Shown in pieces: positions 50,354 through 64,000 of a stretch of 64,000 nucleotides of DNA. How positions within the stretch are numbered: the stretch's first letter is position 1; the number at the start of each line of letters is the position of its first letter. The notes under the pieces were generated by a model. The model saw nothing but the letters and a program-made list of their open reading frames with translations. It was not told the DNA's origin and ran no database searches. The stretch lies in assembly GCA_051362555.1 (NCBI GenBank), contig CM120643.1, positions 1,488,001 through 1,552,000 on the forward strand, read 5' to 3'. This DNA is from Lingula anatina (taxonomy: Eukaryota; Animalia; Brachiopoda). The position numbers and the translations under genes are program-made.

Positions 50354-50500
50354 ATGCCAACACTGAACCATATCTGGGTTATAGATAGGAGTTTCTGACA
50401 TTAAGAAATGAACGAGATGCTTGGTTTTGGTCCTTTGAATACGTCGGTGACGTCACACTGGACTAACCTACCTATTGCCAGGCAACAAGAACGTCGTGTT
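43280..50500. repeat. Diverged tandem duplication upstream of the gene (unit 1 ~43280-46280; unit 2 ~46430-50500, interrupted by Tc1)
   Basis: Collinear matches 43340/46490, 44480/47770, 45180/48300, 46180/50397. Confidence 0.85.
49095..50267 (+). mobile_element. Tc1-like element, 5'-truncated, same family as 38330-39437
   Basis: YQDDCATPHR, WPANSPGMNPIENLW; right TIR ATTAAGTAGTAACCCTG followed by TA. Confidence 0.88.
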
Positions 50501-50689
50501 TTCTATTTCTCTCTATTGAGATATCGATTACTGCAAAATGACGAATGATTATTAAACACGGTTTTAATCACCGTTCATCAGACTCGCTCTTCTGTTGATT
50601 GAGTTTTGCAACCGTACATATACGTACTTCTTTTTTTACTTTTTAACAGCTTAGTTTCACAATTACATAAAATTGTTTGTCGATTGAAC

Positions 50690-51050
50690 TGAATATCGCC
50701 AGATTAGCCGATGCTTAAAATACAAAATCTAACCTCCATTTCTTCTCTGATAACATGTTAACTCGATCAGTCTACACAGATAGCACACACTGACATACAT
50801 GACCCTAGTCATTTGTCAGTGACCTCTGTAAATTTAGTTTACCTGCTCTTATCTTTAATATTATGTGAGCCTAAAATGAGGTCGGTACATCAACCATGAA
50901 TTCACTGAAGGTAGCTATCACCTGTATGTAATCAAGGATTATTTGGAATATATTTATAAATAGGTGAGAGCCGCCATAAGACAGGTGGAAAATTGTGCTC
51001 TGTTGCGGGTCAACAACACGTAAACATCTAGGAAACAGTTTACACAATGT
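50690..51050. repeat. Dispersed repeat, with copies at ~59855-60200 and a partial copy at ~60330-60515
   Basis: Shared TTTCTTCTCTGATAACATGTTAACTC and GACCCT.GTCATT.GT.AGTGACCTC blocks. Confidence 0.7.
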
Positions 51051-51596
51051 GGAATTATATATATATATATATATATATATGATACTTCTCACACATGACA
51101 AAGCTCTACAGAAATTGTTTAATGCTAGAAAATAACTTCAAAATATACTTTTAATGAAATTCAAAATACGAACACAATCTTCCCACTGCCCTATGGTACA
51201 GTATTAGTAACGTTGTAGTTTGGGAGAAAAAAGTTAAAAGTGTCACTACACGTATGACAACTGTCTCACCCTACATGTATAAACACATGTAACTCATGAT
51301 AATGTAAGTACGAATTATGAAAAAACATAAATCAGCATCCCAGCTTTTACTATATATACTTAATATTCATCACACATTTGATATTACATTTATACAAGTG
51401 AACAAAGCAAATCGGCAGTGGAATTATGCCTGATAAGGGTATACATCAGAGTGCGCAATGTTAGATAACATTAAAACTTGATAAACAAATATGTAGTTTC
51501 ATTTATCAATAGGTACAGAAAGATTAACTTAATTTACCAGCCAGCAGACCAAAATATTGGTTGATAAATTAAGTTAATCGTTTTAAAGCTATTGAC

Positions 51597-51627
<31 letters not shown>

Positions 51628-51714
51628 CTCCAGCACAGTTGAGGATGAATGTGAAAATGTGGCTTTGTCTTAGTAAGTGATTCCTGTGAAATTCTAACTA
51701 AAAAAAAAAAAATC

Positions 51715-54700
51715 ATAAAATCATGTGTAAAACTACTCTAAACAGCTATTTGAAATGTTTCCATCCATTAACCATTAACAAGGAATAAGTTGAACCAAAA
51801 TAATGATAAGGTAAAAGTAAAAACTAAATGAAAATATAGTACATATTATATCAATTATGGCCAATAATCTGTATGACAATGAAATTTAGCCACCTAAAAA
51901 GTACTATATATATGATTATGTATGTGATAAAGACCTTGTATGGAATGCTATACAAGAGTTATTTTATACAAAATAAACAAATATGAGAATAAAAATGTAT
52001 AAGAAACAATAGATAATTAATCAGATGTAGTGTAAGAAACACTTTCTGCCTCACTGATACTGTCACCACTTGATGTTGGTAAATGTGAGGCTACCAAACA
52101 GCCTTTTCCACAACATAATTTTCGATTGTATCCCTGCCTCATAGCAAACCCCATATACCACAGGACTGAAGTGATATGTGCACAACTTCCAACTGTCTTG
52201 GAACCTGCTTTACACTGACAGTACCAGACACTGATGGGTCTAGTTTTGCTGTGGGATCGCTGAATCCATAATGTGTTCTGGTGGCTAGATAAACTATTTT
52301 GGCTCTGATTAAATCAGGTGCATCATTGCATACACTGATTTCAAACTGGCCATCTAGCAGTACTCATCAGTATTTTGGCTAGCTTACTTTATCTGGTTAA
52401 CTTCTGGTAATTATAATATGCAGATGGTCTCTTGTTTGGACTATTTACCAAGTCAATAGGTTTCCACTGATCTGATTGACAAATGAAGCCATTCATAGCA
52501 TTTTAATGAAAAGAAAAAGAAAAAAAAAAAAAACTGTACAAAGCTATTGTGAATAGTGCTGGTGTGGAAGATTAGGCCATAAGTAACAAAACTAGGGTGT
52601 GTGTGATAGAGCCTTTTATTTTACTTTTTATGCAACATAGACGCGACAATTTGGTTGTACAAAATGTACTTCCATGCCCATTAAAGGGGTTTGGGTCAAG
52701 GCACCCTTATGTGTAGAGGTCTATTACAGCATGGGTCTCTATATAACATAGGAACCACCACAATGTACATCTGCTATTATGATAATTAATATAACTTTGA
52801 ATATCTGAAGCACGTTTTACATTTAATCTTTCCTAATCCTAATAAATAAGAAATCAAATGATATATACTGTATTTAGACTCTATTTCTTATCCATATTTT
52901 CCTTTTTTTCTGATGGCACCAAGACCCCAACTTTAATTTGGCATGTATTTTTCCCATTCATTCAAAATTTATTTTTCATGTACAAAGGTGGGCACTTTAA
53001 CCCTCTTATCGGCACTCATCCTTTGAGAAACCGATTTTTTTTTCAAATTTCCCAAATTACAAGTATGACGTAACCCGTAAGATGACATATGTGTAAAAGT
53101 TAATTTATTTAGTCACTGAACTGAGCAAGGCAGTAAATAAGGAGGTTTGGCAAATGGTGACAATATCTTTAAGATGCCATTGATATTCAAAAGGCTAAGG
53201 GGCAGCTGAAATTGTTTCATCTTGTAGGGCTAAACAATTCCATATTTGATATAGAGGGAATAGGACAAGTGCTATACCGTCTGGGAACCTGTGTAACGTG
53301 ATAGAGACCCCCCATATGATATAGAGAGTCCGCTTCCTATTCTTTTGTACATGTGAAGGTAAGCCTTGTCCCAGATATTGACCCACTTAGGTCAGGCTAA
53401 CCCTAACCATAAAACTAAATGCAGGGCGGACTCTCTGCTACACGGATCCTCATTTTTGTTACACCAGTACTCTTCGGGCTCATTCGCAATTGTATTGTCT
53501 TTGAATACAAATACAGAAAAGCCGTTAAGTTAACAAGTACGTTGGGAATAAGAGGATGAGGTGTTTATCTGGTGATCTGAATGCATTCAGCAAGGGTCTC
53601 CGTGGGGTTGGATCGATAATTTCATTGGGAATAACCACTTATTAAGAATCATCGCACAACACTACCAGTGCGCGTCAAAACAGTCTTGAAGTGAAAGAGG
53701 AAGTCGACGCCAAAATATGCCTTATCTACGTATACATCAAATGCTTTCTGTTCACATTGGACATTTTAAACCTATATAGACCCGACTTAATGTCATGGTC
53801 TTCTCTCCTCCGCCAGATCAAAGTACGACATATTACGACTGCTACTGTTGCGTGAAACGTGTTCTTTGTCATCTCATCAGTCCTAGTTATATCACTAACC
53901 GCTATAATAATATTTTGTTAGAAGTAAATGCAATTCTAAGCATTTCATTACAATTCAAATTACACAAACTGGTATGCACTTTTTAAAAAGAAAGGAAATT
54001 ATAGATGCTGTTAAAGTCGATCGTCTCTCCTTCCCTGATCAAAGTGCGACAACTTAAAAGCACATTCCAGGGTTTAACAATCCCCAAAACGCTCATTTTT
54101 GTCACCCACAGCTTTTTAAAAAAACTTACATATCCCTTAAAATATATTAAACCCCTTTTTTTCTGGGGCGTACCCGACGTTGATATTCCCATTGGAGCTT
54201 CTAGGAAAAGAGTCGGTGTTAAAATGACTTGCCAGTCATTTCCATCTAAAATGAGTCTTCATAAATGTCATCAAAGGTCGAGTACACGTGTGAGTACGAG
54301 AAAATTGCTTATTTTCCAAGGATGGCGAGTAAATCTCATGAAGCGTACCTCGAAGTCCGCGTTATTGTTGTGTCAAATATATTTTCTGTCATATTGTCTA
54401 AGTTGTCACACTCAACGCTGACATAGTATTATAACAGATATACAGAATAAAAACAAACAAAAACAATGTAATTTGTACCTGTGCATATACGTTCCTTTTA
54501 AATTGAAATTTACCTGTTAAATAACTTGAAATTTATGCACTGATGAACAGTCCCGTCTTCTCCTCCCTTTAACCAAATAACTACACGTCTTTCGCATTGT
54601 CACGTGGTTACGATGCGCATATTTGTATAGCTTAATTATGATAATGTTTCAGTTCTAAAGATCCTTATTTTATTCTTTATTTTTACTAAAATGCAATGTG

Positions 54701-57370
54701 ACTATGAACAAATGAATAAATGGAAAGTTGTCTCATGTCTGTCTTTAAAGGATGAGTGCGAATAACCATTGGCAAAGTGCCCATCTTCAAAATTTAAAAA
54801 TAATTTGCTATTATAAAGGTTATGCATATATTTGTTGCATGGAAAAATATTATTTGGTTTGAGGCATTGTAACTTAGTATTTTAATGAGTTATATGTGGG
54901 GGGGGGGGGGGGGTTAGCCGGATTTACCTGTTGTATGCAGTCTAATGAATCAGAGCAACTTGTTTCAGCATTTACCTGTTACATAAACGATTTTTTCTAA
55001 TGAAACTTGTCTTGTGATGTAAAAAAGAGTTATATGTAAAATAATTGTGGTGTGGCACAAGTAAATGGGAAAGTAATTGTTGTTTTTTTTTATTCTAGAT
55101 AAGAGAGGGAGGGGTGGTATATTACGGTATTTTCTCACAGAAGCCATCACTGAATTCACTTAACTGTATAAAAGTCTTGTTACTAGAAAAACTTGTTTCA
55201 GCGTATTTTTTAATTTTATATAACTTTTCTCACTGACCGGCATTTGTTGGTCTAAATAATAGTATTTTTAACCAATACACATTTCTAAGGAATAGTAAAA
55301 AATGTTAAAAGCAAAAGGCTATTACAGTAACAACAAAAAAATCATGTGTAAAAGCACTCTAAACAGCTATTTGGAATGTTTCCATAAACCATAAAATAAA
55401 CAAGGTATAAATTGCACCAAAATAATGATAAGGTATAACTAAAAACTAAATGAAAATATAGTACACATAATAACAGTTATGGCCAATAATCTGTATGACA
55501 ATGAAATTAAATCACCTAAAAAGTACTTCATATATGATTATGTAATGATAAAGACCTTGTATAGAATGCAATTCAAGAGTTATTTTATACAAAATATACA
55601 AATATGAGTATAAAAAAATGTATAATGAAACAATAGATAATTAATCAGATGTGCTGTCCGAAACACATTTTGTCTTGCTAATACTGTCACCACTTGATGT
55701 TGGTAAATGTGAGGTATCCAAACAGCCTTCTCCACAACATAATTTTCGATTGTATCCCTGCCTCATGTCAAACCCCATATACCACAGGACTGAAGCGATT
55801 AGTGCACAGCTTCCAACTGTCTTGGAACCAGCTTTACACTGTCAGTACCCGCCACTGATGGGTCTAGTTTTGCTATGGGAGGTCTGAATCCATAATGTGT
55901 ACTGGTGGCTAGATGTGTGTCTTAATTAACTATTTTGGATCTGATTAAATCAGGTGCATTCTTGCATACACTGATTTCAAACTGGCCATCTAGCAGATGC
56001 TCATCAGTATATTGGCTAGCTTGCTTTATCTGGTAAACTTCTGGTAATTATTATAGGCTGGTGGTCTCTTGTATGAACTATTTACCAAGTCAATAGGTTT
56101 TCACTGACAAATAAAGCCATTCATAGCATTTTGGTGAAAAAAAAGAAGAAAAAAAAAACTCTGCAAAGCTATTATGAATAGTGCTGGTGTGGAAGATTAG
56201 GTCATAAGTAACAAAACTAGGGTGTGTGTGATGGAGCCTTTTATTTTACTTTTTATGCAAAATAGACATGAAAGAGGACATTTACACAACAATTTTGGTT
56301 GTACAAAATGTACTTTCATGCCCACTAGAGGGGGTTGGGTTTAGCCACCCTTATGTGTAGAGGTCTATTACAGCATGCATGGGTCTCTATATGCTATTAT
56401 GATAATTAATATAACTTTGAATATCTGAAGCACATTTTACATTTAATCTTTCTTTATCCTAAGAAATAAGAATGAAAGTAAGATATACTTTCTGTATTTG
56501 GACTCTATTTCCTATCCATATTTCCCTTTTTTTTTTTTTTTTTTTTTTTTTGTTGATGATAGCATGCATTACATCATGGACCTAAATAGGTCCAAGATTA
56601 CATATATGAAAATGACTTTTTTTTGGTTGTAATTAAAAATATTTTACTGACTCCAACCCCTATTTTCCTTTCAAAGACCTACATTTTATTTTGGGTTGTT
56701 CTTTTTGTACAAAAGTTTCACTGTATCTGTCTAGCCATCCTAAGTAAGCATGTAGCAGCTACCTCATGGCAGGAATAAACATGGCCGCCTGCTAGCATAT
56801 GGACTGAAAATGTCCCTATTTAGTTTGAGTACATATCGAGCCCAACCCTCAGAGAAGCTGATTTTCACATATATCTCACCTTATATTCATATCTTTTCAA
56901 CCATGGATAATTAGCTTGTCTGAGGCAGGGGCTCATATAAAAAATGAACATCTTTTATCCTCAAGTCACTGTAAGATTCTTCTTTCAATTAGCACTACAT
57001 GTATAAATAAAGCAGTCAAAATATTGATCACAAACAATGATTGGCCACATGTTGCCTTACTTTTTTACATGGGCACCTTCTGTACCCAATTACAAAATTT
57101 CACAGTTGTCACCTTACTGTAACTAAAGATACGTAGCATTGCAATTCAGACCCCCCTAAAACACACTTTCATGAATATTTGACAAGGTCATTTTGACATT
57201 AATTTTTCATATTTTAAATTCAATAAAAATAATTTTTTTAAGTGGATTATAAAAGTGTAAGACCCCAACTTTAATTTGGCATCAATTTTTTTCCATTCAT
57301 TCACAATTTATTTTTCATGTACAAAAGTGGGCACTTTTACCCCCTTATTCGCACTCATCCTTTGGAGAAA
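51715..57370. repeat. Direct duplication ~51715-53025 / ~55340-57370 (second copy carries extra sequence)
   Basis: Collinear similarity from ATCATGTGTAAAA..ACTCTAAACAGCTATTTG to GCACTCATCCTTTG. Confidence 0.85.
52040..52500 (-). pseudogene. Degenerate SWIM zinc-finger coding remnant, probably transposase-associated; second copy at ~55660-56120
   Basis: TLWIQ...PISVWYCQCKAGSKTVGSCAHITSVLWYMG (CxC...CxH). In the second copy the first Cys codon is TGA. Confidence 0.7.
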
Positions 57371-57989
57371 AAAATGCATTGCAGTTGTTATTCTAGTCTT
57401 TGGGTGCCTGTGGTCGTACTAAGTTCAGGTGGCGCGTTCTTATCTAGAGTGTTGTGAACTTTAATTACGGACGGTTTATCACATTATTGGGGACTGTCAT
57501 TAACTATGAATAAGCAATAATATTTGAAGTTTATTTGTAAAGACATCAAGAGCTAAGACAAAAGGTTCTTCAGATAATTTCCGCCTCGATGGGTTCTTAG
57601 TAAATTGGCCTGCAATGATTGATAGATATCTTGTTTAAATATTAACACATAAATAATAATTACATCTGTGGCCGAAAAAAGGTTAAAATTATACGATGAT
57701 TGCAGTAATTGTTTAATTTTTAACTGTCATAGATATTTTTTGGAGTAATCCTTTGTTAGAAGATTTAGTACAGTTAATAAGTTAAGCTACATGTTGACCT
57801 CATAATAAGAAAATGGAAAAAGTGTTTCTGAAAAAAATCCCACCAATGGTCCCTTCTTGAAATTAGAATTTTTGGTAACTGAATCGTGATTCTAAACCGT
57901 ACCAAATGGCACCGTTTTGCTATTTAAAATGCAAAAAAAATTCGGGGCCCTTCAGCGGCAAAGGGGGAGAGTCGGCTTCTCGTCCGTCC

Positions 57990-58510
57990 TTAAACGAAGA
58001 CTGATTTTCTTTCAACAACTGGTATCGTATTGTTTTGACCCCGCCGTCCTCATGTCAAACAATGGATAGAATTAAAAGAAGTTTTAACAGTAATAAAATG
58101 CAGTCTATATTCAGTTTTACCCGTCATTTTTAGAGAAGAGACCATCTAAGAAACTCTCTAATACAAATATCGCCGGTCAAAAGCTTGGAGGATGTTTTAA
58201 AATCTGTGCAGTTTTCCACTCACCGTGATGGTTCCTTCCTTGTGCACTGCACTGGAGAAGTACCTCACTGATCAGTGTCAGCCTCTATCCTCACGCTTGC
58301 CTTGGATGACACTGAAATATACTGACCTACATCAACCTCCACGAGAAAACCAGTCAACACAAGCTACAGCAACAAATATTTTATCATTGAGCGATGCTAA
58401 AAATGTCTCAGGATTTAACAAATATTCAATAATTCTAACCTCCCAGGAAAGAGATGGTTGAAGTCCGGAGAGATTGTTTTAGGAGAACCAAGAAAAAGGG
58501 AGAGAGAACC

Positions 58511-58555
<45 letters not shown>

Positions 58556-61500
58556 CAAGAACATAACGCATCTGCTCATTTTTTATCAAATGAAAATATA
58601 TTTTTTTCACTTTTGATATCACTAAAATATTAAAATAAATTAAATATCATAGAGTTAAATAAACTAATTAAAAGGAATAATTGTGATTTTGGGAAGGTCT
58701 AATAAACGACAAGACACCAATAAGAAATAATTCGGATACTTACCTGGACAAAAGTAAATCACATGCCACAAGGGACAGCTTTATGATGATATGTCCTCGA
58801 AGTCAGCTGTCTCTAATCTCCCCAGGTAGGTGTGCGACCAGTTATATCAGGACCGGGTTATCGCGGTGAAGGGATAAGGTCCAAATTAATATCAAATAGT
58901 AAGAGGAAAGAGGTATCCTCTACCAGGGTAGCAGATGATATAGGGGAAAACGGAAAAATCCAGACCCAGACCAAATTGACTGTCTATTTATCTAGAGACA
59001 TATCTGTGAATAACTGTGAAAAAATCAACCTGTCGCCCTGCTAGAGGATAGGAAAGAGGTAGGGGTGTGTTAGCCGTCCGTGGCATTACATGCTACCAAG
59101 AAGACAATGAGATGATTTGTTTTTAACATGTCCTTTATTATTGTTAATTATTAATCGCTGTCATGATTATTGGACACCAACGTATGCAATCCAGGGTGGT
59201 CGCGGGGTTTACGTAGCTCAACGAGGCTATGTAGAGGGCGGGTCCAAGAGCAAACAGATACATTGTACCAGTCGGCTTGTCCTCAGTGCATCGTGGCACT
59301 TCACAAAGTTATAGAGTATCTCGGAAAAGTTTATATGCAGATCAGCGAATGAAATATCACAGTGTTAAACAGAGATAAAATGCACCACAACAGGACAAAT
59401 ATGACAAGTTACATCGAGTTAGCATTATCATTAACATATATCTTCCCGAATCAAGCTACCATTTTTTTTCTGAAAGACTGGACCTATTTACCCCTTTACC
59501 TGACCCAAATCAAGAAATGGCATACCGATATATCTTCCCTTGTACGACACAACAATAAAGTTGCTGTTAAATTGACAACACAAAACAGTTCAGTGTAGAA
59601 AGTATTAAACGGGTAGGGGTAATCAATAGTGTAACTAGGGCGCCCAATGTAGAAAAAAGAAGGCATGGATAACTGTGTAAAGAGTAAAATCAAGTAAACA
59701 GTACACACACTGGACAAAAGAAGTGTCACCCCCTACCTCAGAGTAATAAAAGTGGGCAGATCCTAAATAAATACACGAATATTTTTTTTTTACTTTTTAC
59801 CAGCTTACAGTTTCAAAATTAAAAATCAATTTTTTTTTTTATTTTCAACTGAATTGAATCTCGCCAGATTATCCTTTTCCCCAAATTGAAAATGTAACCT
59901 CGATTTCTTCTCTGATAACATGTTAACTCAGTCATATAACATACTTAACACACACATAGCGCACACTGACGTACAAGACCCTAGTCATTTGTCAGTGACC
60001 TCTGTCAATTTAGTTGATCCCCTCTTAAAATGAGGACGATTTACCAGCCGTTTATTACTTCATGGGGGGGGGGGGGGGGGTATCAACTGTATATGTTTTT
60101 TATAAACACCCGAGAGCCGCAAAAAAATTTTAAAACTGGTGAAATATATGCTCTGTTGTGGATCCCACGTCGACAACAGACACCTCCAACACGGTTTACA
60201 CAGTTTGGAGTAATACATGCAATTTGTATGTACCCATCAGAGGCACAAAGGAAGTCTGCGTGCGTATTTATCTGTTTCTTGATTGAACTAAATGTAGCCT
60301 AGTACTGAACTTGGAGATCTGCCCTTTCATCTCCCATACTATGTTAACTCAGCCTGCATACATAGCGTACACTGACGTAGACAAGACCCTGGTCATTCGT
60401 TAGTGACCTCAGTCAATCAAGTTGATCCGCTCTTATCTTTAATGCTATGTGGCTTAAAATGAGGACGATTTATCAGCCGTTTATTACTTCATACGGGGAG
60501 CTATCAACTGTATATAATCATCAAATGTTTGGAGTTAATTAATAAACTGCCGAGCGCTATATATAGCAGTTAAACGTTTAAAAGAAAAACAACAACAACA
60601 ATAAAAAAAAAAAAAAAAAAAATAATAATAATAATAATAATAATAACTAGACTGCAACTGGCTGAAGCCAGTGGCGGAGGATTCCCCTGCAAAATAGGTG
60701 TGAAAATGCTCTTACAAGGTCATGTGAAGGTCATGGGTTAAATTTGACATATTTTCTGAAAGAGCATGTGCGAATTGGGGGGAGGGTCAACAAAACATCA
60801 CTTTTAGCCCACTTTAATATTTCTCCATGAAATAGCCGAATAACCTTGAAAATGAAGGTCAGGGTCAAATTTGACATTTAATTTGGGGGTTTTGGGTATA
60901 TGTTTGGGGTAGTTTACTATAGCATGCTATGACCAAAGACCAGTGTTTCATGGAGAAATAGCCAAACTCAAGATTTCTGCAATGTCATAAATATTTGAAA
61001 ATCTATATTAAAAAGAGTGATTAAGCAGTCGCCACCAAAGTACAGCTAACCTTAGATAAATATATAGGCCATCATTTGCTACTACCCCTGTATGATTGGG
61101 CCTCTGGGTCTTCCGGTTTTTGAGATCTCGGAAACAAACCTTTTTTGAGCCGGTTTGGCCATTAGCGACCTTGACCTTGACGTACTTGCATAAAAGTAGG
61201 TCATTTTCTGTGGATTGGCATCAGTATCATTGGACATAGGGCTCTTAGCCATAGGGCTTATAAATAAGGCCTAATGGCAAATTTTAATTTTACATATTTT
61301 GTCTTTAAAAGCCACTGTGACCTTGAAATGTAGATCAAGGTCACTGAAACTGGGTCTATGGCATATTCTTGCCATAGGCTACCAATGATAATTATTTCAG
61401 ATTTTTTGCGAAAAAAAAAAAAAAAAAAAACGCGCGGAAAGAATAACTAAATAATAATACTAAAAACAATAGTATTCCCCTATGGGGAATCCTAATAATA

Positions 61501-63968
61501 ATAATAAGACCAAAAACAATAGTATTCCCCTATGGGGAATCCAAACTATAATAATACCAAAAACAATAGTATTCCCTTATGGGGAACTATAATAATACCA
61601 AAAACAATAGTATTCCCCTATGGGGAATCCTAATGATAATAATACCAAAAACAATAGTATTTCCCTATGGGGAATACTAATAATCGTAATGTTTTAACCT
61701 TTTTTATCACGGATGTAATTATTAGTTACGTGTTGATAATTCCAACACGGTATACATCAATTAATGCAGCCCTGCGTATCTGTACTAAAAACCCATTGAG
61801 GCAGAACATTATCTGAAGAACCTTTGGTCGTACCTCTGGATGTATCAACAGATAAACTTCAAATAATTTCGATTAATTATCCTTGGTAATGGCATCAATT
61901 AAACACGGATATATGGAATGTCACCATACATAATTGCCCACTACGTCGTGAATCTATTTCATATAATTAAATATATATTGAAATGTTTTCTATTGATCCT
62001 GTCATAAACTAAATAGATATGCGTATCAAAATCACGTGAGGTTGTGCTTTTCATGTACGTGACACGTGTAACGTAGAGAGGGTAAGACTGTCACAGAACA
62101 CTTACCCTGAGTGTCAGAGCCACTGTGAAGCTAGATTGTTAACTATTGATACGTTTTGACCCGATAGCTTTAGAGTGGCTCTGAGAAACAGCGACCATGT
62201 TCAACTTCCGTCAATCAAATGAACTGCTCCGCAGTGAATCTGCAGCTGAATGTCATTAAGCCAAAATGAAACGTAAAACAGATTTAATTCCGCTTTATTT
62301 AATTTTATTTACTGTATTTAAAATGCAAAGTGAAAAAATAAATAATATTCTTCGAAAAGAAAATATATATATCCAATGTGGATCCAGGCGGACACAGCTG
62401 TGACGTGTGACTTCCAAATATGGAAATATGGATTGTCGGTATTTGCTAGAGCCTAGTATTGCTGATATGGGTAATATACGAAATCAATCTAGAACCTAGG
62501 GTAAGAACACTTAGCACAGTTTTCCAATGCACCTCGTCATATTTGTCCTGTTGTGGCACATTTTCTGTTTAACACCGGGATGTTCCATTCGTTGATCTGC
62601 ATATATTATTTTCCGAGATACTTGATAACTTTGTGAAGTGCCACGATGCACTGAGGACAAGCCGACTGGTACAATGTATCTGTTTGCTCTAGGACCCGCC
62701 CTCTACATAGCCTCGTTGAGCTACGTAAACCCCGCGACCACCGTGGTTTGCATACGTTGGTGTCCAATAATTATGCCAGCGATTAATAATTAACCATAAT
62801 AAAAGGACATATTAAAAACAAATCATCTCATTGTCTTCTTGGTAGCATGTAATGCCACGGACGGCTAACACAACCCTACCTCTTTCCTACCCTCTAGCAG
62901 GGCGATATATTGTTTTTTTCATAGTCATTCTCTAGATAAATAGACAGTCATTTTGGTCTGGGTCTGGTTTTTCCGTTTTCCCCTATATAATCTGCCACCC
63001 TGATAGGGGATACCTCTTTCCCCTTACTATGTGATATTAATTTGGACCTTACCCCTTCACCGCGATAACCCGGTCCTGATATAACTGGTCGCACACATAG
63101 CTGTTGTAATTAGAGTCAACAGACTTCAGGGACATATCATCATGAAGCTGTCCCTTGTGGCATAAGTTTTACTTTTGTAAGGGTAATTATCCGAATTATT
63201 TCTTATCGTTTATAAGATCTTCCTAAAATCGTGTTTTGTCGTTTATAAGATCATCCTAAAATCACCATTTTTTCTTTTAATTATTTTATTTAACTCTAGG
63301 TTATTTAATTCATTTTAATATTTAAGTGATCTTTAAATTTAAGGAGTATTTTTATTTGATAAAAAAATGAGCAGATGCGGTATGTTAGTGTTGTTGTTCT
63401 CTCTCTCCCCCCCCCCCTTTTTTTTCGGGGGGGGGGGGGGGGGGGAGGGGTTCTCCTAAAACAGTCTCAATCTCTCTGGACTTCCAACTATCTCTTTCCT
63501 GGGAGATAAGAATTTTAAATTATTGAATATTTGTTAAATCCTGAAACATTTATAAAAGTGTTCAATGATATAATATTTGTTGTTGTAGCTTGTGTTGACT
63601 GGGTTTCTCGCGGCGGTTGATGTCAGTCATTATATTCCAGTATCATCCCAGGCCAGTTTGAGGATCAAGGTTGACACTGGTTCAGTGAGGTACTTCTCCA
63701 GCGCAGTGCCCAAGGAAGGGATAACCATCACGGTGAGTGGAAAACTGCTCAGATTTTTACACATTCTCCAAGCTTTTCACGGGCAATATTTGTATTATAG
63801 ACTTTCTTTGAGGTGTCTTCTCTATTAATGTCGGGTAAAACTGAATATAGGCTGCATTTTTATAACTATTTGAAACTTCTTTTAATTCGATTCATTGTTT
63901 GGTATGTGGACGGCAGGGTCAGAATATTACGATATCAGTTGTTGATAGAATATCAGTCTTAGTTCAAG
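57990..63968. repeat. Inverted duplication: ~57990-59408 vs ~62535-63968
   Basis: Reverse-complement collinearity over ~1.4 kb, e.g. 59170-59330 vs 62610-62770. Confidence 0.9.
60645..61683 (+). mobile_element. HINE/Helentron-like element with a five-fold repeated 3' palindrome
   Basis: Begins AACTAGA after (AAT)n, has GACCTTGA/AAGGTCA motifs, and ends with five units of AAAAACAATAGTATTCCCCTATGGGGAAT separated by (AAT)n. Confidence 0.65.
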
Positions 63969-64000
63969 GTTGGAGGCTTCATAAGGGCAGTAATGGAAAA

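Noticed and set aside
61455-61683. CRISPR-like array of palindromic repeats
   Set aside because: The spacers are only short (AAT)n tracts, the context is eukaryotic, and there are no cas genes. It is better explained as a repeated transposon end.

Overview
AT-rich, intron-containing animal DNA. The repeat families and domain content suggest a lophotrochozoan or other marine invertebrate (inference). The main feature is one minus-strand multi-exon gene (about 41886 to 15318), which I rebuilt by hand from GT-AG splice sites and reading phases. Fourteen coding exons join without a frameshift into a predicted 1352-aa protein: DZIP3-type HEPN (RNQHSH = Rx4H), NB-ARC/STAND NTPase, Roc GTPase, COR, and a C-terminal caspase (SHG; atypical SACQG), with no CARD/DED. 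Every inter-module junction is a phase-1 intron. The NB-ARC exon is skippable in frame and reads through into a TPR remnant with a stop, which suggests an exon-shuffled immune or cell-death chimera. The rest is a dense transposon and duplication landscape: two apparently identical, inverted 2408-bp PIF/Harbinger-like elements bracketing the Roc exons, an intron-containing Gypsy-like (Ginger/GIN-type) integrase nested in a LINE remnant, Tc1 relics, HINE/Helentron-like elements, a tRNA-derived SINE, MITEs, and several tandem or inverted segmental duplications. No transcript evidence was available, so exon joining is a prediction.
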